This document shows positions 8,430 to 18,475 of a stretch of 64,000 nucleotides of DNA, in pieces. Made by a program: the position numbers and the translations under genes. The stretch lies in the sequence record PP793740.1. One strand, written 5' to 3'. Numbering within the stretch: position 1 is the first letter of the stretch; each line of letters opens with the position of its first letter. The notes below the pieces were generated by a model, which made no database searches, was not told where the DNA came from, and saw only the letters and a list, made by a program, of their open reading frames with translations.

Positions 8430-8843
8430 TTACACAACCTCTTTAGATGGGGGTTCTTTATGAATCCAGTCTAAAGTTGTTGGTAAACTATTATCTGATC
8501 TGAAGGTACACACCGTCCGGAACCGAGAGTGATCAACTACAGATAATTGCCCGTTAATCGCAGCCTCATATTGCCTACACAACTTCACACACCTTTTCTC
8601 TAGATCAGTTGGTTCGTAACCTTCTTCTCTTGGTTCAGTGTATGGTCCATCCCAAAAGAATATTAATCTAAGATCAATCCCAGATTTATACTCCGCTTGG
8701 TATGAATATTGATGAACATCAAAATCATCTAATTCTTCAACTAGATGTGATGTTATTGTTCTAGGATGTTCATGAGTTAATTCACTGTATATATGTTTAT
8801 TTCTAGGGTTTTGTAAATCAACTACGATAAGTTGACTAGTCAT
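8430..8843 (-). CDS. hypothetical protein
   Basis: start moved to MTSQL to remove overlap with upstream gene. Confidence 0.7.
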   Translation of the reverse strand: MTSQLIVVDLQNPRNKHIYSELTHEHPRTITSHLVEELDDFDVHQYSYQAEYKSGIDLRLIFFWDGPYTEPREEGYEPTDLEKRCVKLCRQYEAAINGQLSVVDHSRFRTVCTFRSDNSLPTTLDWIHKEPPSKEVV

Positions 8844-8844
8844 T

Positions 8845-9498
8845 TTAACTTTTATCCAGATGTCTATTACGAGTGCGTTCCACTGCTGTAGGTTCGACAG
8901 TGGCTCGCGGTAGATAAGTAATCTCCGGGAAAGTCTTATTAAGAGCATCTTCAATTAGCTCTTTAGCAATCTCTGCATCGATGTAATGGTTTAGAATAAT
9001 ACCACGATGATACAGGAAGAAGCTGTATTCATCATAACCATGGCGAAGACTTACTTTACCACGATACCCACCATAGGTTAGAGTATCTTCGTTAATTTCA
9101 TTCCGATAAATATCAAGTTGGATATTATTTTGAAGATGCATTTGAATGAAGTCATTACTATCACCGCCGAATAGGGTTGGTCGTTTCCGACCGGTAACAA
9201 CATCTTGGATGGAATCCATTAGTCGGTTAATGTCTGTTTCTAATCGTTGGATATCACATTGAGAATTCATTGCTTCATGAAAACGAGTTACAACTGCATT
9301 GAATTCTTCTTCAGTCCAACCATTGGTACGTTTTTCATAATCAACAATGATAATACCGAACCAGGCATAACCGTTAGAATGTTTTACTTTAACACATAGA
9401 TGAGGTACATTATCAGCACCTGACTGATGGTTAACAGTGTAATTATTATTACGGCTGATTACTAGTTTGATAAAAGGTAGACTAATGATTGACGCCAT
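8845..9498 (-). CDS. hypothetical protein
   Basis: ORF track; AAGGA RBS. Confidence 0.8.
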   Translation of the reverse strand: MASIISLPFIKLVISRNNNYTVNHQSGADNVPHLCVKVKHSNGYAWFGIIIVDYEKRTNGWTEEEFNAVVTRFHEAMNSQCDIQRLETDINRLMDSIQDVVTGRKRPTLFGGDSNDFIQMHLQNNIQLDIYRNEINEDTLTYGGYRGKVSLRHGYDEYSFFLYHRGIILNHYIDAEIAKELIEDALNKTFPEITYLPRATVEPTAVERTRNRHLDKS

Positions 9499-9590
9499 GG
9501 AAATATTCCTTTTGTATTCTTTAAATTAAAGTAGGAGTTATTTTTTGAGTTTCAACTCAATACATCAATAACTCCAGTATGTTTTCAAAA

Positions 9591-9989
9591 TTAAATACAT
9601 GTATTTACAGTTACATTGTAACCAGTTAGTTTTGCCAGCAATACGAATGAGCGAACCTGTTCGATTTTTTCAGAAACAATGAAAATATGTGTAATACGAT
9701 CCTCATCAACATACTGATATCGAAATGAAGTATAGCTAAATGACACATCCGTATCGTTTAAATAAGTGATATTAAAATCATCTACTTCCCTATCAAGCTT
9801 ACTAAGCTCTGTAAGTAATACTTGATAGGGCGTAATGGTGATACGGTGGTTTTCACAACGTTGAATAAGCTGATGTAGTTTAGAAGGCAGTTTATCAACT
9901 ACCTTTTTATAACTATCATCACATTCTAGAAAGTTATGCGCCAAACCATTGACCGCTGCAACGGTATTTAAAATGTTAAGTAGACTCAT
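9591..9989 (-). CDS. hypothetical protein
   Basis: ORF track. Confidence 0.75.
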   Translation of the reverse strand: MSLLNILNTVAAVNGLAHNFLECDDSYKKVVDKLPSKLHQLIQRCENHRITITPYQVLLTELSKLDREVDDFNITYLNDTDVSFSYTSFRYQYVDEDRITHIFIVSEKIEQVRSFVLLAKLTGYNVTVNTCI

Positions 9990-10013
9990 TTTACAGATCC
10001 CTTTTTTAGTATA

Positions 10014-11540
10014 TTAATATTTCAATAGACTATTGATAAAAGCATTAGGGTCATAACGGTTATTTGAAAAAGCCGCCATTACATCACACCCTGGCTGATC
10101 TTTAAATCTGATATCTTCAGGAATATCGAAGTCAGGGAACATTAGTTTAATATACTCCCTAACCTCTTGATCTCGTAGATATGGAATCTCCACCATGTAA
10201 TCAACGCGACCTTTCCTTAGAAGTGCTTTATCAATATTCTCAGGATGGTTTGTAGTTAGAATGGTCATAGTCTCATCTAGTGGAACAATGCCATCTAGCC
10301 CATTTAATAGAGCTGACAAAGTTAATCCGCTAGCTGGTTGTTCATACGTGATTCCATTCTTCATGCACTTCTTTAATTTCCACCATCGGCGAATTGTGGT
10401 AAATAATGGATCTTTTTCATCGGCCCATTTTGAAACACCCAGTTCAGCCATAGCATAAGCACTTATCCCAAAACCTTGATCATCGCTATTTTCATCAAAG
10501 ATATAGATGGTGTCATTAAACCCAACTACAGAGTATCCTTCATAGTCATCTTTAAGATCAACCCATGCAGACGGATATTTTTCAATTAAATCAATAAAAG
10601 AATATTTCCTCTCTAATTCCTTTATCTCTTTATCTAGTTTTACAGGATCATTTAAAACGCGATCTTTAACTGCCGGGGTATCATCGAAATCTTCAATTAG
10701 AAGAATATTACCTTTAGGTAGTGTAGTAAATGCCCGCCTAAGACTATCATTGGTCATAGAGGCTAATGACAGTGCACTAACATTTTTATTAAAATGTGAG
10801 GCAATCGCTTTACTGATTGAGGTTTTACCAGTACCAGGAGGACCTGTTAGAACACAAGTGAATTTATAGGGTAGTCCACGATCATCGTACCATTTCCGAT
10901 CAGAATAGAATTCTTCAATCTTATTAAGGAATTCTTCTTTGATCTCTTTACGCAAAATCACCGTGTTGATATCGCGTTTAGTAACTTCAATCTCATTGCC
11001 CCAACGGTTACCATCCCAATGTGAAATAGTCAGACCCCTTTCATTTGGGCGCCAATGGTAAGCATCTACTAAATCAATAATTAGTTTACTACTCCTAGAT
11101 AATCCACGGATAGTAATATCCATTTGATCTCGACTGGCATTTTGACTATCCCGGCGTGCTTTTACAAACCAGAATAACCTACCTTTAAACAGAAAGAAAT
11201 GTAAGCCAAAACCAACACCAATTTTCTGTTTAGTTGCACTATAACTTTGCTCATCAACATTAGTTGAAAAACGTCGATTAAATCCAGCTAATGGCTGCTT
11301 AATATACCATTCCATGAAACAATCAAAGTTCTTCTCGTTCAGCCCATTACCCATGTTGGTAATATGTAGACTAACTGTAAACTGATTTAATGCGAACCTA
11401 GCTAGTTTACTTGGTAAGCCTCTTAGAGTGGTCCAGAATAAACCACCAATTGCCATTCCGATAGCTCCACCCATAACCATATTCTTCTGAGAGATATCGA
11501 TGAACATGGCGTAATATTGCAATAAGGTTTCTATAATCAT
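10014..11540 (-). CDS. BCS1-like membrane-anchored AAA+ ATPase
   Basis: N-terminal hydrophobic segment; RGLPYK; Walker A GPPGTGKT; Walker B LLIEDFD; LTLSALLNGLDG; TTNHPENIDKALLRKGRVD. Confidence 0.85.
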   Translation of the reverse strand: MIIETLLQYYAMFIDISQKNMVMGGAIGMAIGGLFWTTLRGLPSKLARFALNQFTVSLHITNMGNGLNEKNFDCFMEWYIKQPLAGFNRRFSTNVDEQSYSATKQKIGVGFGLHFFLFKGRLFWFVKARRDSQNASRDQMDITIRGLSRSSKLIIDLVDAYHWRPNERGLTISHWDGNRWGNEIEVTKRDINTVILRKEIKEEFLNKIEEFYSDRKWYDDRGLPYKFTCVLTGPPGTGKTSISKAIASHFNKNVSALSLASMTNDSLRRAFTTLPKGNILLIEDFDDTPAVKDRVLNDPVKLDKEIKELERKYSFIDLIEKYPSAWVDLKDDYEGYSVVGFNDTIYIFDENSDDQGFGISAYAMAELGVSKWADEKDPLFTTIRRWWKLKKCMKNGITYEQPASGLTLSALLNGLDGIVPLDETMTILTTNHPENIDKALLRKGRVDYMVEIPYLRDQEVREYIKLMFPDFDIPEDIRFKDQPGCDVMAAFSNNRYDPNAFINSLLKY

Positions 11541-12322
11541 GCTAGCATCCCTCTGGATAGCTTAGGAAAATATTGTCCACAGATCATGTATTCACGTTCT
11601 AGAAAATCTAGAGTATGACTTTCAAATATTTCACCTACATCTTTACCATAGATTTCCGTATACCCATTTTTGAATACGGCCATTACATAAACATCAGACA
11701 TAGTCATGCCGTAGTTATAAATTTGATTGTCGCTGTATTTTGGATGAAATAGGTCATATAAAAAACGAGTCATTGAACTATTGGCAACAGTTGTCACCCC
11801 TTTCTGCTTTAAGGCATAACGTACTTGTTTAACCACATAGTTAACTTTAGAGCGCTCGCCAAATACCGTCAGTTTATCTACATTGCAATTACGATATCCC
11901 ATAACATCAGGATTAGCTATCACGGTGTGTTTTGGAACACGTACATCAAAGATAATGCCATTAGGGGATAGAATAATCTTTTCATGGTTAAATAGAACAT
12001 GAAATAAATGTCGTTCTGGTTTAGTGATTTTGATACTTAACCCAATCACTCCACTAATCTTTCTTTCTAGATCTTCTAGTGACTGCATCACCATGTGATA
12101 TTGATTGAAGAAAGCATTGTTCTTATATTGATCTAATTCAAAGTATTTCCAACTTCCACGAAAATGAATAGCATGGCTTTTGGTATAACCTTTAGTTAAT
12201 CGACACTTGAGTTTGTCAAACCAGCTTTCAAGATAACTCTCGACTGTAAAACCAAGTGGGTTATTATTAATAAGTTTATTGGAATATGATAAGCTAAATC
12301 TGTACATAGTTCGACGATGCAT
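11537..12322 (-). CDS. hypothetical protein
   Basis: start moved to MHRRT (AGGA RBS) because the longer ORF crosses a terminator. Confidence 0.75.
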   Translation of the reverse strand: MHRRTMYRFSLSYSNKLINNNPLGFTVESYLESWFDKLKCRLTKGYTKSHAIHFRGSWKYFELDQYKNNAFFNQYHMVMQSLEDLERKISGVIGLSIKITKPERHLFHVLFNHEKIILSPNGIIFDVRVPKHTVIANPDVMGYRNCNVDKLTVFGERSKVNYVVKQVRYALKQKGVTTVANSSMTRFLYDLFHPKYSDNQIYNYGMTMSDVYVMAVFKNGYTEIYGKDVGEIFESHTLDFLEREYMICGQYFPKLSRGMLA

Positions 12323-12351
12323 TTTATATTCCTGCCAAATAAAGAAAAAAT

Positions 12352-12373
12352 AAAGGGCTCCGAAGAGCCCTTT
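12352..12373 (-). terminator. terminator
   Basis: AAAGGGCTC-CGAA-GAGCCCTTT. Confidence 0.8.
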
Positions 12374-12378
12374 ATGTA

Positions 12379-13251
12379 TTAGATTTTTACAGACCAACTT
12401 TGCTCGAATTCCTGATATAGGAAATTGTCTGACGCATTATCCCAATTTTCTCGATCAGTTACACCATAATAATGGAATTCTAGTTCAGTAGGTCCACCAA
12501 CAAAACCATTCTTAGCATAGCTATAAACTTTGCCATTGGTTAGCTTAATCAGTGTATCCACATAGAAACTATTACGGTTCCATATTTCATTGTGGATGTA
12601 CTTAAATACCACACTGTGGATATACTTAAATTGCGCACTTGGTTTTCCGAGTACACTCCAATAGAATTTACGGATACCTATTTCGGTCTTGAAATTAAAC
12701 TCTCCGTTGCGAATGTTGTTAGAAACAATACGTGCCAGTTTATTAACCCGATTTTCTTCACCGATTAGATAGATCCCGGAAACACTACATCCATCTCCTA
12801 TTGATCCATTATTAACTAGTGGATCAACACCATATTCATCAGTGAAAATGGTTTTGATAACCTCTTTACCTTCTCGACGCACTAACATATTCAGGTGACC
12901 ATCTTCGATATATGACATATGGCTAGGCTGAATATATTCACTTGTATCGACGATAACATCATTCGCCATTACATTAAACTGTAGATGGTTTACCAGATCA
13001 CTAATACCTTTAAAACGAATGGCTTGGTTCGCTGTATTTAGATCGACATACACCACGACATCAATAATGCCTTGTTTTAGTGATTTGTCATCTTTGTCAG
13101 TAGTTGTATCAATTTTTACGTAATTTTGATATAGTTCACTAAAACAAGATATGATGTCATCATGTAGTTTAATTACATCAGATCCATTTCGTTCAAGCGC
13201 TTTAAGCGATACGTTAAAACCAATACGAATTTTATTAGAACGACGTGCCAT
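12379..13251 (-). CDS. hypothetical protein
   Basis: 290-aa ORF; weak similarity to downstream neighbour. Confidence 0.8.
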   Translation of the reverse strand: MARRSNKIRIGFNVSLKALERNGSDVIKLHDDIISCFSELYQNYVKIDTTTDKDDKSLKQGIIDVVVYVDLNTANQAIRFKGISDLVNHLQFNVMANDVIVDTSEYIQPSHMSYIEDGHLNMLVRREGKEVIKTIFTDEYGVDPLVNNGSIGDGCSVSGIYLIGEENRVNKLARIVSNNIRNGEFNFKTEIGIRKFYWSVLGKPSAQFKYIHSVVFKYIHNEIWNRNSFYVDTLIKLTNGKVYSYAKNGFVGGPTELEFHYYGVTDRENWDNASDNFLYQEFEQSWSVKI

Positions 13252-13292
13252 GGTTATATCACCTATGTTAAATTAATGAATTATTTATTCAA

Positions 13293-13655
13293 TTACCGTA
13301 CTACATCTGTGATTAGAATAAGTTCACCATCACTATTGATAACACTATAGCTTTTTACAATTTCGATGCGCTTACTAATAATCTTATTCTCTAGATCTAC
13401 TTTTACGATATTAACACGAATTACCTTATTCGATTGATCATGCATTTCTTTAAAAATGCATTCGATATTTTTACCAATGACAGCTTTTAATTTTTCAATG
13501 CTGTCAATGGATGAATATTTAAAACTATATGCTTCTGCCAGGGTTTTTGCATTACCCACAACCGTAGTTAGGGTACCCCAATAATCATAAACATACAACG
13601 CAGTATCACTATTGGGATTATCGATAATTTCAATTATAAAATCCACTTGTATCAC
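13293..13655 (-). CDS. hypothetical protein
   Basis: GTG start with AGGA RBS directly after promoter motif. Confidence 0.75.
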   Translation of the reverse strand: MIQVDFIIEIIDNPNSDTALYVYDYWGTLTTVVGNAKTLAEAYSFKYSSIDSIEKLKAVIGKNIECIFKEMHDQSNKVIRVNIVKVDLENKIISKRIEIVKSYSVINSDGELILITDVVR

Positions 13656-13681
13656 TCCTATTAGTTTATTGATAGTACACT

Positions 13682-13704
13682 TGTAATATAGATCTTAAAT
13701 AAAT
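13682..13704 (-). promoter_or_regulatory. phiKZ-type early promoter
   Basis: transcribed strand TTTAAGATCTATATTACA. Confidence 0.75.
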
Positions 13705-13710
13705 TATGAT

Positions 13711-14175
13711 CTAACCATTTAAAATAGATAAAGCCTCTATATGCCAATGGTGTATTAGTTCTTCTTTACTAATAATATTATTGAAGTAGTTTAACCGATG
13801 TGATACCATTAATTTAGAATGCATATCGACTTCACTACTTACCTTAATCACCCCAGTCTCTAATAATTGCAGAGAGCCAACATACGCAAATAAAGTTGGT
13901 TTTAAATACCAGTGTTCCCTATATTGTTTTTGATCAGGTACATTTCCTATAATGTAGTCAGTAGAATTACTTCGGTATGCGTAAATAGTTGATTTAGAAC
14001 CAAGTAAATTAAGATCGATATCATAACTCCCGCTTTTAGCTGCAATACATTCAATAACTGATGGGGCCACACATATACGGTTGGTTACACTGTCTTCGCC
14101 ATCAGCTCTATTACTTGGAATATATGGCCTTAATAAAACATAATCCCCAAGGTATACTGTCGATATGTGATACAT
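13711..14175 (-). CDS. putative ADP-ribosyltransferase-fold protein
   Basis: YHIS ... RICVAPS ... IYAY ... VPD ... EHW in ART strand order. Confidence 0.45.
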   Translation of the reverse strand: MYHISTVYLGDYVLLRPYIPSNRADGEDSVTNRICVAPSVIECIAAKSGSYDIDLNLLGSKSTIYAYRSNSTDYIIGNVPDQKQYREHWYLKPTLFAYVGSLQLLETGVIKVSSEVDMHSKLMVSHRLNYFNNIISKEELIHHWHIEALSILNG

Positions 14176-14190
14176 AATTAACCTATTTAA

Positions 14191-14718
14191 TTAAAACAGA
14201 TAACGCTCTGTTACTGAACGATATTGTGACATGATGTTTAATGGATCAACATCCACTGGTGCTTTAGTGACAGTTAAGCGAGCACCTTTTAAAAATTCAC
14301 CAATATCTAATTTCCTTACAGTAACATCATGGATAGTGTTTTTCGTAATCCACTCAGTATCAATGCTATTGTGAGGATTATTATTCTTAATCCATTTGTC
14401 AGAGTCCCTAAATGGAATGGTATAAACATACACAACCATTTTTAAAATATCACTTTTATCGATATTATTTTGACAATAGATTGTAATATCCCTATCAACA
14501 GTAGCATATCTATCACTATCAAATAACTTTTCGATAGCGCTACCAATACCTAAATAAGATGCATCTTTTTCAGATGACGTTGCATATAGGTATTGGTTAG
14601 ACTCAATACCATCCCACATAACAAGTTCACCAGATCTTTTAAATCCTGGCATTAATTCATCTTGTTTATAAAGAGAACCATGGTAAAGTAATTCTGGTTT
14701 ATTCATAATAAAATCCAC
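14191..14718 (-). CDS. putative ADP-ribosyltransferase-fold protein (H-Y-E-like)
   Basis: LYHGS ... YLYAT ... YVY ... TEW. Confidence 0.6.
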   Translation of the reverse strand: MDFIMNKPELLYHGSLYKQDELMPGFKRSGELVMWDGIESNQYLYATSSEKDASYLGIGSAIEKLFDSDRYATVDRDITIYCQNNIDKSDILKMVVYVYTIPFRDSDKWIKNNNPHNSIDTEWITKNTIHDVTVRKLDIGEFLKGARLTVTKAPVDVDPLNIMSQYRSVTERYLF

Positions 14719-14752
14719 TATGCTTTATAAGAGTTATGGTTATCAATTAACT

Positions 14753-15109
14753 TCAAGGTAGTAGTGTGGCAGTATCGAAGTGATTGGTTACTGCTTCGAT
14801 CAGCATTTGCTCGATGTTGATTTTGTAGTATTCTGGTTCTTCGTTCAATTCCCAAATAATAGTCGCACGTAATAGTGCAGGTGCTATGAATCTAACTACC
14901 TTACCATGTGTGTCAAACTCTACATTGAACATTGCATATTGTTCAGTAGTGTGATTTTTATAGAAAATGAAATTACCAGCGTAACTGCGAACCTCTATTT
15001 CACCATGAATACTGGAGTAGGTTTCCTGGTGGAATACTTTACCTTTAAGGCGTGTATTCTCTTCAATGATATTTACCAATTCTTTCAATTTGTCTTTATC
15101 TAGTTGCAT
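14753..15109 (-). CDS. hypothetical protein
   Basis: ORF track. Confidence 0.75.
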   Translation of the reverse strand: MQLDKDKLKELVNIIEENTRLKGKVFHQETYSSIHGEIEVRSYAGNFIFYKNHTTEQYAMFNVEFDTHGKVVRFIAPALLRATIIWELNEEPEYYKINIEQMLIEAVTNHFDTATLLP

Positions 15110-15149
15110 TTGTAGGTTCCTATTAATAAATGTATACGATGGATATCTT

Positions 15150-15515
15150 TTACGATTTCCGGTGCTTATCCATATCTAGTTTTATATCAGTATATATCTT
15201 GAATCTATTAGATAGGCTATCCATATCTACGCGCAATGCCCGAATATGCATATCAGTATCTTTTGGTTTACCTTCAGACTCCCATACGGCCTTTGCGATA
15301 TCAAATGCTACATTGTTCAAATAGTATTCGACTTCATGTTCATCAAGCAAAAGAGCATCATGGAAACCAATACGTGATAGAATGGCGTAATCACGCTGAT
15401 TAACATCTCTCCAATCTTTACGCACTAAGTAACTTTTACCAATTCCATCTTTTTTACAACTTTTACTAATAATTTCTATAATGAACTTATCATGCCATTT
15501 ATAATCCATAATCAT
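15150..15515 (-). CDS. hypothetical protein
   Basis: ORF track; AAGGAG RBS. Confidence 0.75.
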   Translation of the reverse strand: MIMDYKWHDKFIIEIISKSCKKDGIGKSYLVRKDWRDVNQRDYAILSRIGFHDALLLDEHEVEYYLNNVAFDIAKAVWESEGKPKDTDMHIRALRVDMDSLSNRFKIYTDIKLDMDKHRKS

Positions 15516-15522
15516 TACTCCT

Positions 15523-16035
15523 TTATTTAATCAGCTTCATTACTAGAGGAACAGATAGACTTATGCCATTAGCCATTTTAGCTAGAATATGATAGACATC
15601 GTCTGCTTCTTGATTATTGGTACAAGGTATAGAAATGGCATCACCATAGTAAGGACTGTAGTTAATACGGTTGCCATATACACCACTTACAAAACTATAA
15701 TCTAATCCATCCGTAGTGGTCATAATAACTACAACATGATCATCCCCAACCATACCGGATTCCAGATAGTCACATAGTTCTAGTTTTTGTTGCACACCTC
15801 GTTGACAGATCCATACTTCACGGTATTGATGATGAGGATATGGATTACATGCTACATCATTTTCACTAACGAAGTACATAGTCCCCCAGTTGTAAGACTG
15901 GAATTGGGTTGTTTGTTTGTGGGCTTCCCATACCTCTTCCATACAAAAGGTATGTTTGTTAACCCATAGACCATCGTTATTAAGACTATCAACGATCCCA
16001 TCACGGACACGTACTACACGGAGTGTTTTTGCCAT
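15523..16035 (-). CDS. hypothetical protein
   Basis: ORF track. Confidence 0.75.
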   Translation of the reverse strand: MAKTLRVVRVRDGIVDSLNNDGLWVNKHTFCMEEVWEAHKQTTQFQSYNWGTMYFVSENDVACNPYPHHQYREVWICQRGVQQKLELCDYLESGMVGDDHVVVIMTTTDGLDYSFVSGVYGNRINYSPYYGDAISIPCTNNQEADDVYHILAKMANGISLSVPLVMKLIK

Positions 16036-16067
16036 TTTTAATTATCCTAAATACATAAAGGAATCAC

Positions 16068-16529
16068 TTAGTAAACACCATTGACAATAGCATCGCGGAA
16101 ACGAGACCATTCCGTTTGACCAACTACGAATACTCGTTCTTTAGGACGCCATAGATGATCACCGCAGTCAAGACCCAAGTAAAGCATATTGGTTTTCCAA
16201 TGATTGCGATGAACACGTAGTTTAGCTGATACACTGAACTCACACATTACTTCATTTACATCAAGATGTGTTAGTGTATCACTAATCATACCTGACATAC
16301 TGATACCAATTGATTTACGAACTCGGATTAGATCCTCAGTCATCACCCGCCAAGTTACCAGATGCTCGTAATACTCATCTGGGGTCATGTTGTTTTTATA
16401 ATTCAGTGCACCTGGAGTCATTGACATCCAGTTAGTGAACTGGGAAGTCATGTAATACATCCAATCACTATTATGACGGAGTTCTTTAAGCTTCTCTTGT
16501 ATTATGATATTAGTAGTTGCTTTAGTCAT
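16068..16529 (-). CDS. hypothetical protein
   Basis: ORF track; overlaps upstream stop. Confidence 0.75.
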   Translation of the reverse strand: MTKATTNIIIQEKLKELRHNSDWMYYMTSQFTNWMSMTPGALNYKNNMTPDEYYEHLVTWRVMTEDLIRVRKSIGISMSGMISDTLTHLDVNEVMCEFSVSAKLRVHRNHWKTNMLYLGLDCGDHLWRPKERVFVVGQTEWSRFRDAIVNGVY

Positions 16530-16962
16530 CTACGTAACCCTCATCAGATACATAAGTACGTTCAGGGCTGAACACATATTTGATGTTATTAATTACAGCT
16601 GTGATATAAACCTGATATTCTTTTGAAATAGATTCCATCAGTTCAATAGATACGGAATTTGAACTCTGAATAAGTTTATTTACTTTCTTTAGTTCATCAA
16701 ATTCTAACCGACCGTAGATTACACCAACATCTCTGAAACTGATAACTGGATAGTGTTTCCAAATATAACAATTCAGTTTACCAAGATGAATTACTTGAAT
16801 TGTTTCATCGCACCATTGTTTCTTTTTCTTATTGTAGTATTCAACACGACGTTCGATGAAGACGCGAGTACCAGAAACAGAGGTGTACGCATTCAGTTCA
16901 TAACCATACTTATGGTCAACGTTATTTGGGTCTTGGCGCCATTTTGGGATGAACGCTTTCAT
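16522..16962 (-). CDS. hypothetical protein
   Basis: ORF track; AAGGA RBS. Confidence 0.75.
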   Translation of the reverse strand: MKAFIPKWRQDPNNVDHKYGYELNAYTSVSGTRVFIERRVEYYNKKKKQWCDETIQVIHLGKLNCYIWKHYPVISFRDVGVIYGRLEFDELKKVNKLIQSSNSVSIELMESISKEYQVYITAVINNIKYVFSPERTYVSDEGYVDD

Positions 16963-16989
16963 TTGTATTTTCCTTTTTACGAAATAGAA

Positions 16990-17007
16990 GCCCTCCCGAA
17001 GGAGGGC
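16990..17007 (-). terminator. terminator
   Basis: GCCCTCC-CGAA-GGAGGGC. Confidence 0.75.
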
Positions 17008-17020
17008 AATTATACCATTA

Positions 17021-17335
17021 TTAAATTACGAGTCTATATACTTCTTTTAATTTCTCACCAGGGGTAGCTAGATAATCGACATTATATTTAATAGCAATTA
17101 CACCCACAAGTTCTTTTCTCAGTAGTAGTTCTACCTGATCGCATAATTTATCGATAGCTTCATCTTCTACATCCTCGTATAATGGATATTGACTATAAAT
17201 ATTATCAGGTGTAAGTACAGACAGTTTCAATTCCCCATCTTTACCAATGACTGGGTGATATGTCTGTTTAAGACCTTTACAATGATAGTGATAGGTAATG
17301 CGCTGCTGTTTAGTGGTCATGTAAAGATACCTCAA
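17021..17335 (-). CDS. hypothetical protein
   Basis: ORF track. Confidence 0.7.
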   Translation of the reverse strand: MRYLYMTTKQQRITYHYHCKGLKQTYHPVIGKDGELKLSVLTPDNIYSQYPLYEDVEDEAIDKLCDQVELLLRKELVGVIAIKYNVDYLATPGEKLKEVYRLVI

Positions 17336-17853
17336 ATAAACCGTTGGGTAGTTCCGTCTTTAAAGACAGTTAGTTGATTAACATCTTTCAATGAATTATC
17401 TGCAATATTCTTAGCCAATAGCAGTAGATCATTGTGATATGTTTTAATGAGAACTTTAAGCCTCTCCCTCTGTTTATAGCGGAAACCTTTATTAATCACA
17501 GTAACTCCATCTGGGTTATTTTTATAATTCAGTACAGTGATTGGTGTATTCGGTACAAAGACGGCTAGTTCGTCATCGAATACAATGTAAACCATCACTT
17601 TATAATTATTAACCGATTCTTGGAATTGTTGTGTGATTACATTATAGTCTTTTGTGCGATGACTAAGAAATAGCTCTCTATTAGCTCGGCAGAAACTATG
17701 TCGTGCTTCTTTATCAGCACTCATAACAGCGATACCACGGATAATGAATTTATTATCTAAGGTATATTTTCTTTGAGACATTGCATAATCGACTACATCA
17801 ACATCACCGCCGAATAGTACGGCATTTTCACCATATCCACAAATAAGAGCCAT
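17332..17853 (-). CDS. hypothetical protein
   Basis: ORF track. Confidence 0.75.
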   Translation of the reverse strand: MALICGYGENAVLFGGDVDVVDYAMSQRKYTLDNKFIIRGIAVMSADKEARHSFCRANRELFLSHRTKDYNVITQQFQESVNNYKVMVYIVFDDELAVFVPNTPITVLNYKNNPDGVTVINKGFRYKQRERLKVLIKTYHNDLLLLAKNIADNSLKDVNQLTVFKDGTTQRFI

Positions 17854-17867
17854 TTATAATTACCTGT

Positions 17868-18227
17868 TTAAAAATTATATTCAATAAATTGGAGAGTGAA
17901 TAGTTCACTACATTCCCATGTACGACTTGCTAATTTATATTTACCTTTAACAGGTAAGTCATATTCATGTAATGCCTTTTCTACTGAACCTGCCTCATGA
18001 TTGGCTAATAGCACCTGTCTAGCTTTTATGATTTCTGAGCAATTAACTAACTCATAATCATCTCGCTTTGGTGTCCAAATGGCAACATTGGTGCCTGGCT
18101 TTCTAGCATACCAGAGTACATCATGGCCCTCTGGATTAATAATAGAGATGTATAGCTGACGTGCAGCGGGTAACCATAAGTTACGTGGATCATATTCTCC
18201 ATTAACATCAAAGAATTTAAATATCAT
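17868..18227 (-). CDS. hypothetical protein
   Basis: ORF track; 4-nt overlap with neighbour. Confidence 0.75.
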   Translation of the reverse strand: MIFKFFDVNGEYDPRNLWLPAARQLYISIINPEGHDVLWYARKPGTNVAIWTPKRDDYELVNCSEIIKARQVLLANHEAGSVEKALHEYDLPVKGKYKLASRTWECSELFTLQFIEYNF

Positions 18228-18463
18228 AGAGTTGGAACCGGTTTTGATGGATCAGCAATTAGTGCAGATTCGTCTACATAAACCATTGCAAAGTTTTCAC
18301 CTTCTTTACGAATACCAGTAGAAGGTGTTTTCGATGGATCATAAACGATAATTTGGCACTGCTGTCCAGCTGTTAAATAAGTTGGGCCAGTTAATGCATT
18401 GGGTTTTGGATGAGGAATATCAATTTTAGTAATACAATATTGACCAGTACGAAACTCACGCAT
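18224..18463 (-). CDS. small beta-rich protein, SH3-like paralogue family
   Basis: FRTGQYCITKIDI...AGQQCQII pattern shared with 20326, 20547, 53729. Confidence 0.65.
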   Translation of the reverse strand: MREFRTGQYCITKIDIPHPKPNALTGPTYLTAGQQCQIIVYDPSKTPSTGIRKEGENFAMVYVDESALIADPSKPVPTL

Positions 18464-18475
18464 TATATTAACCTC

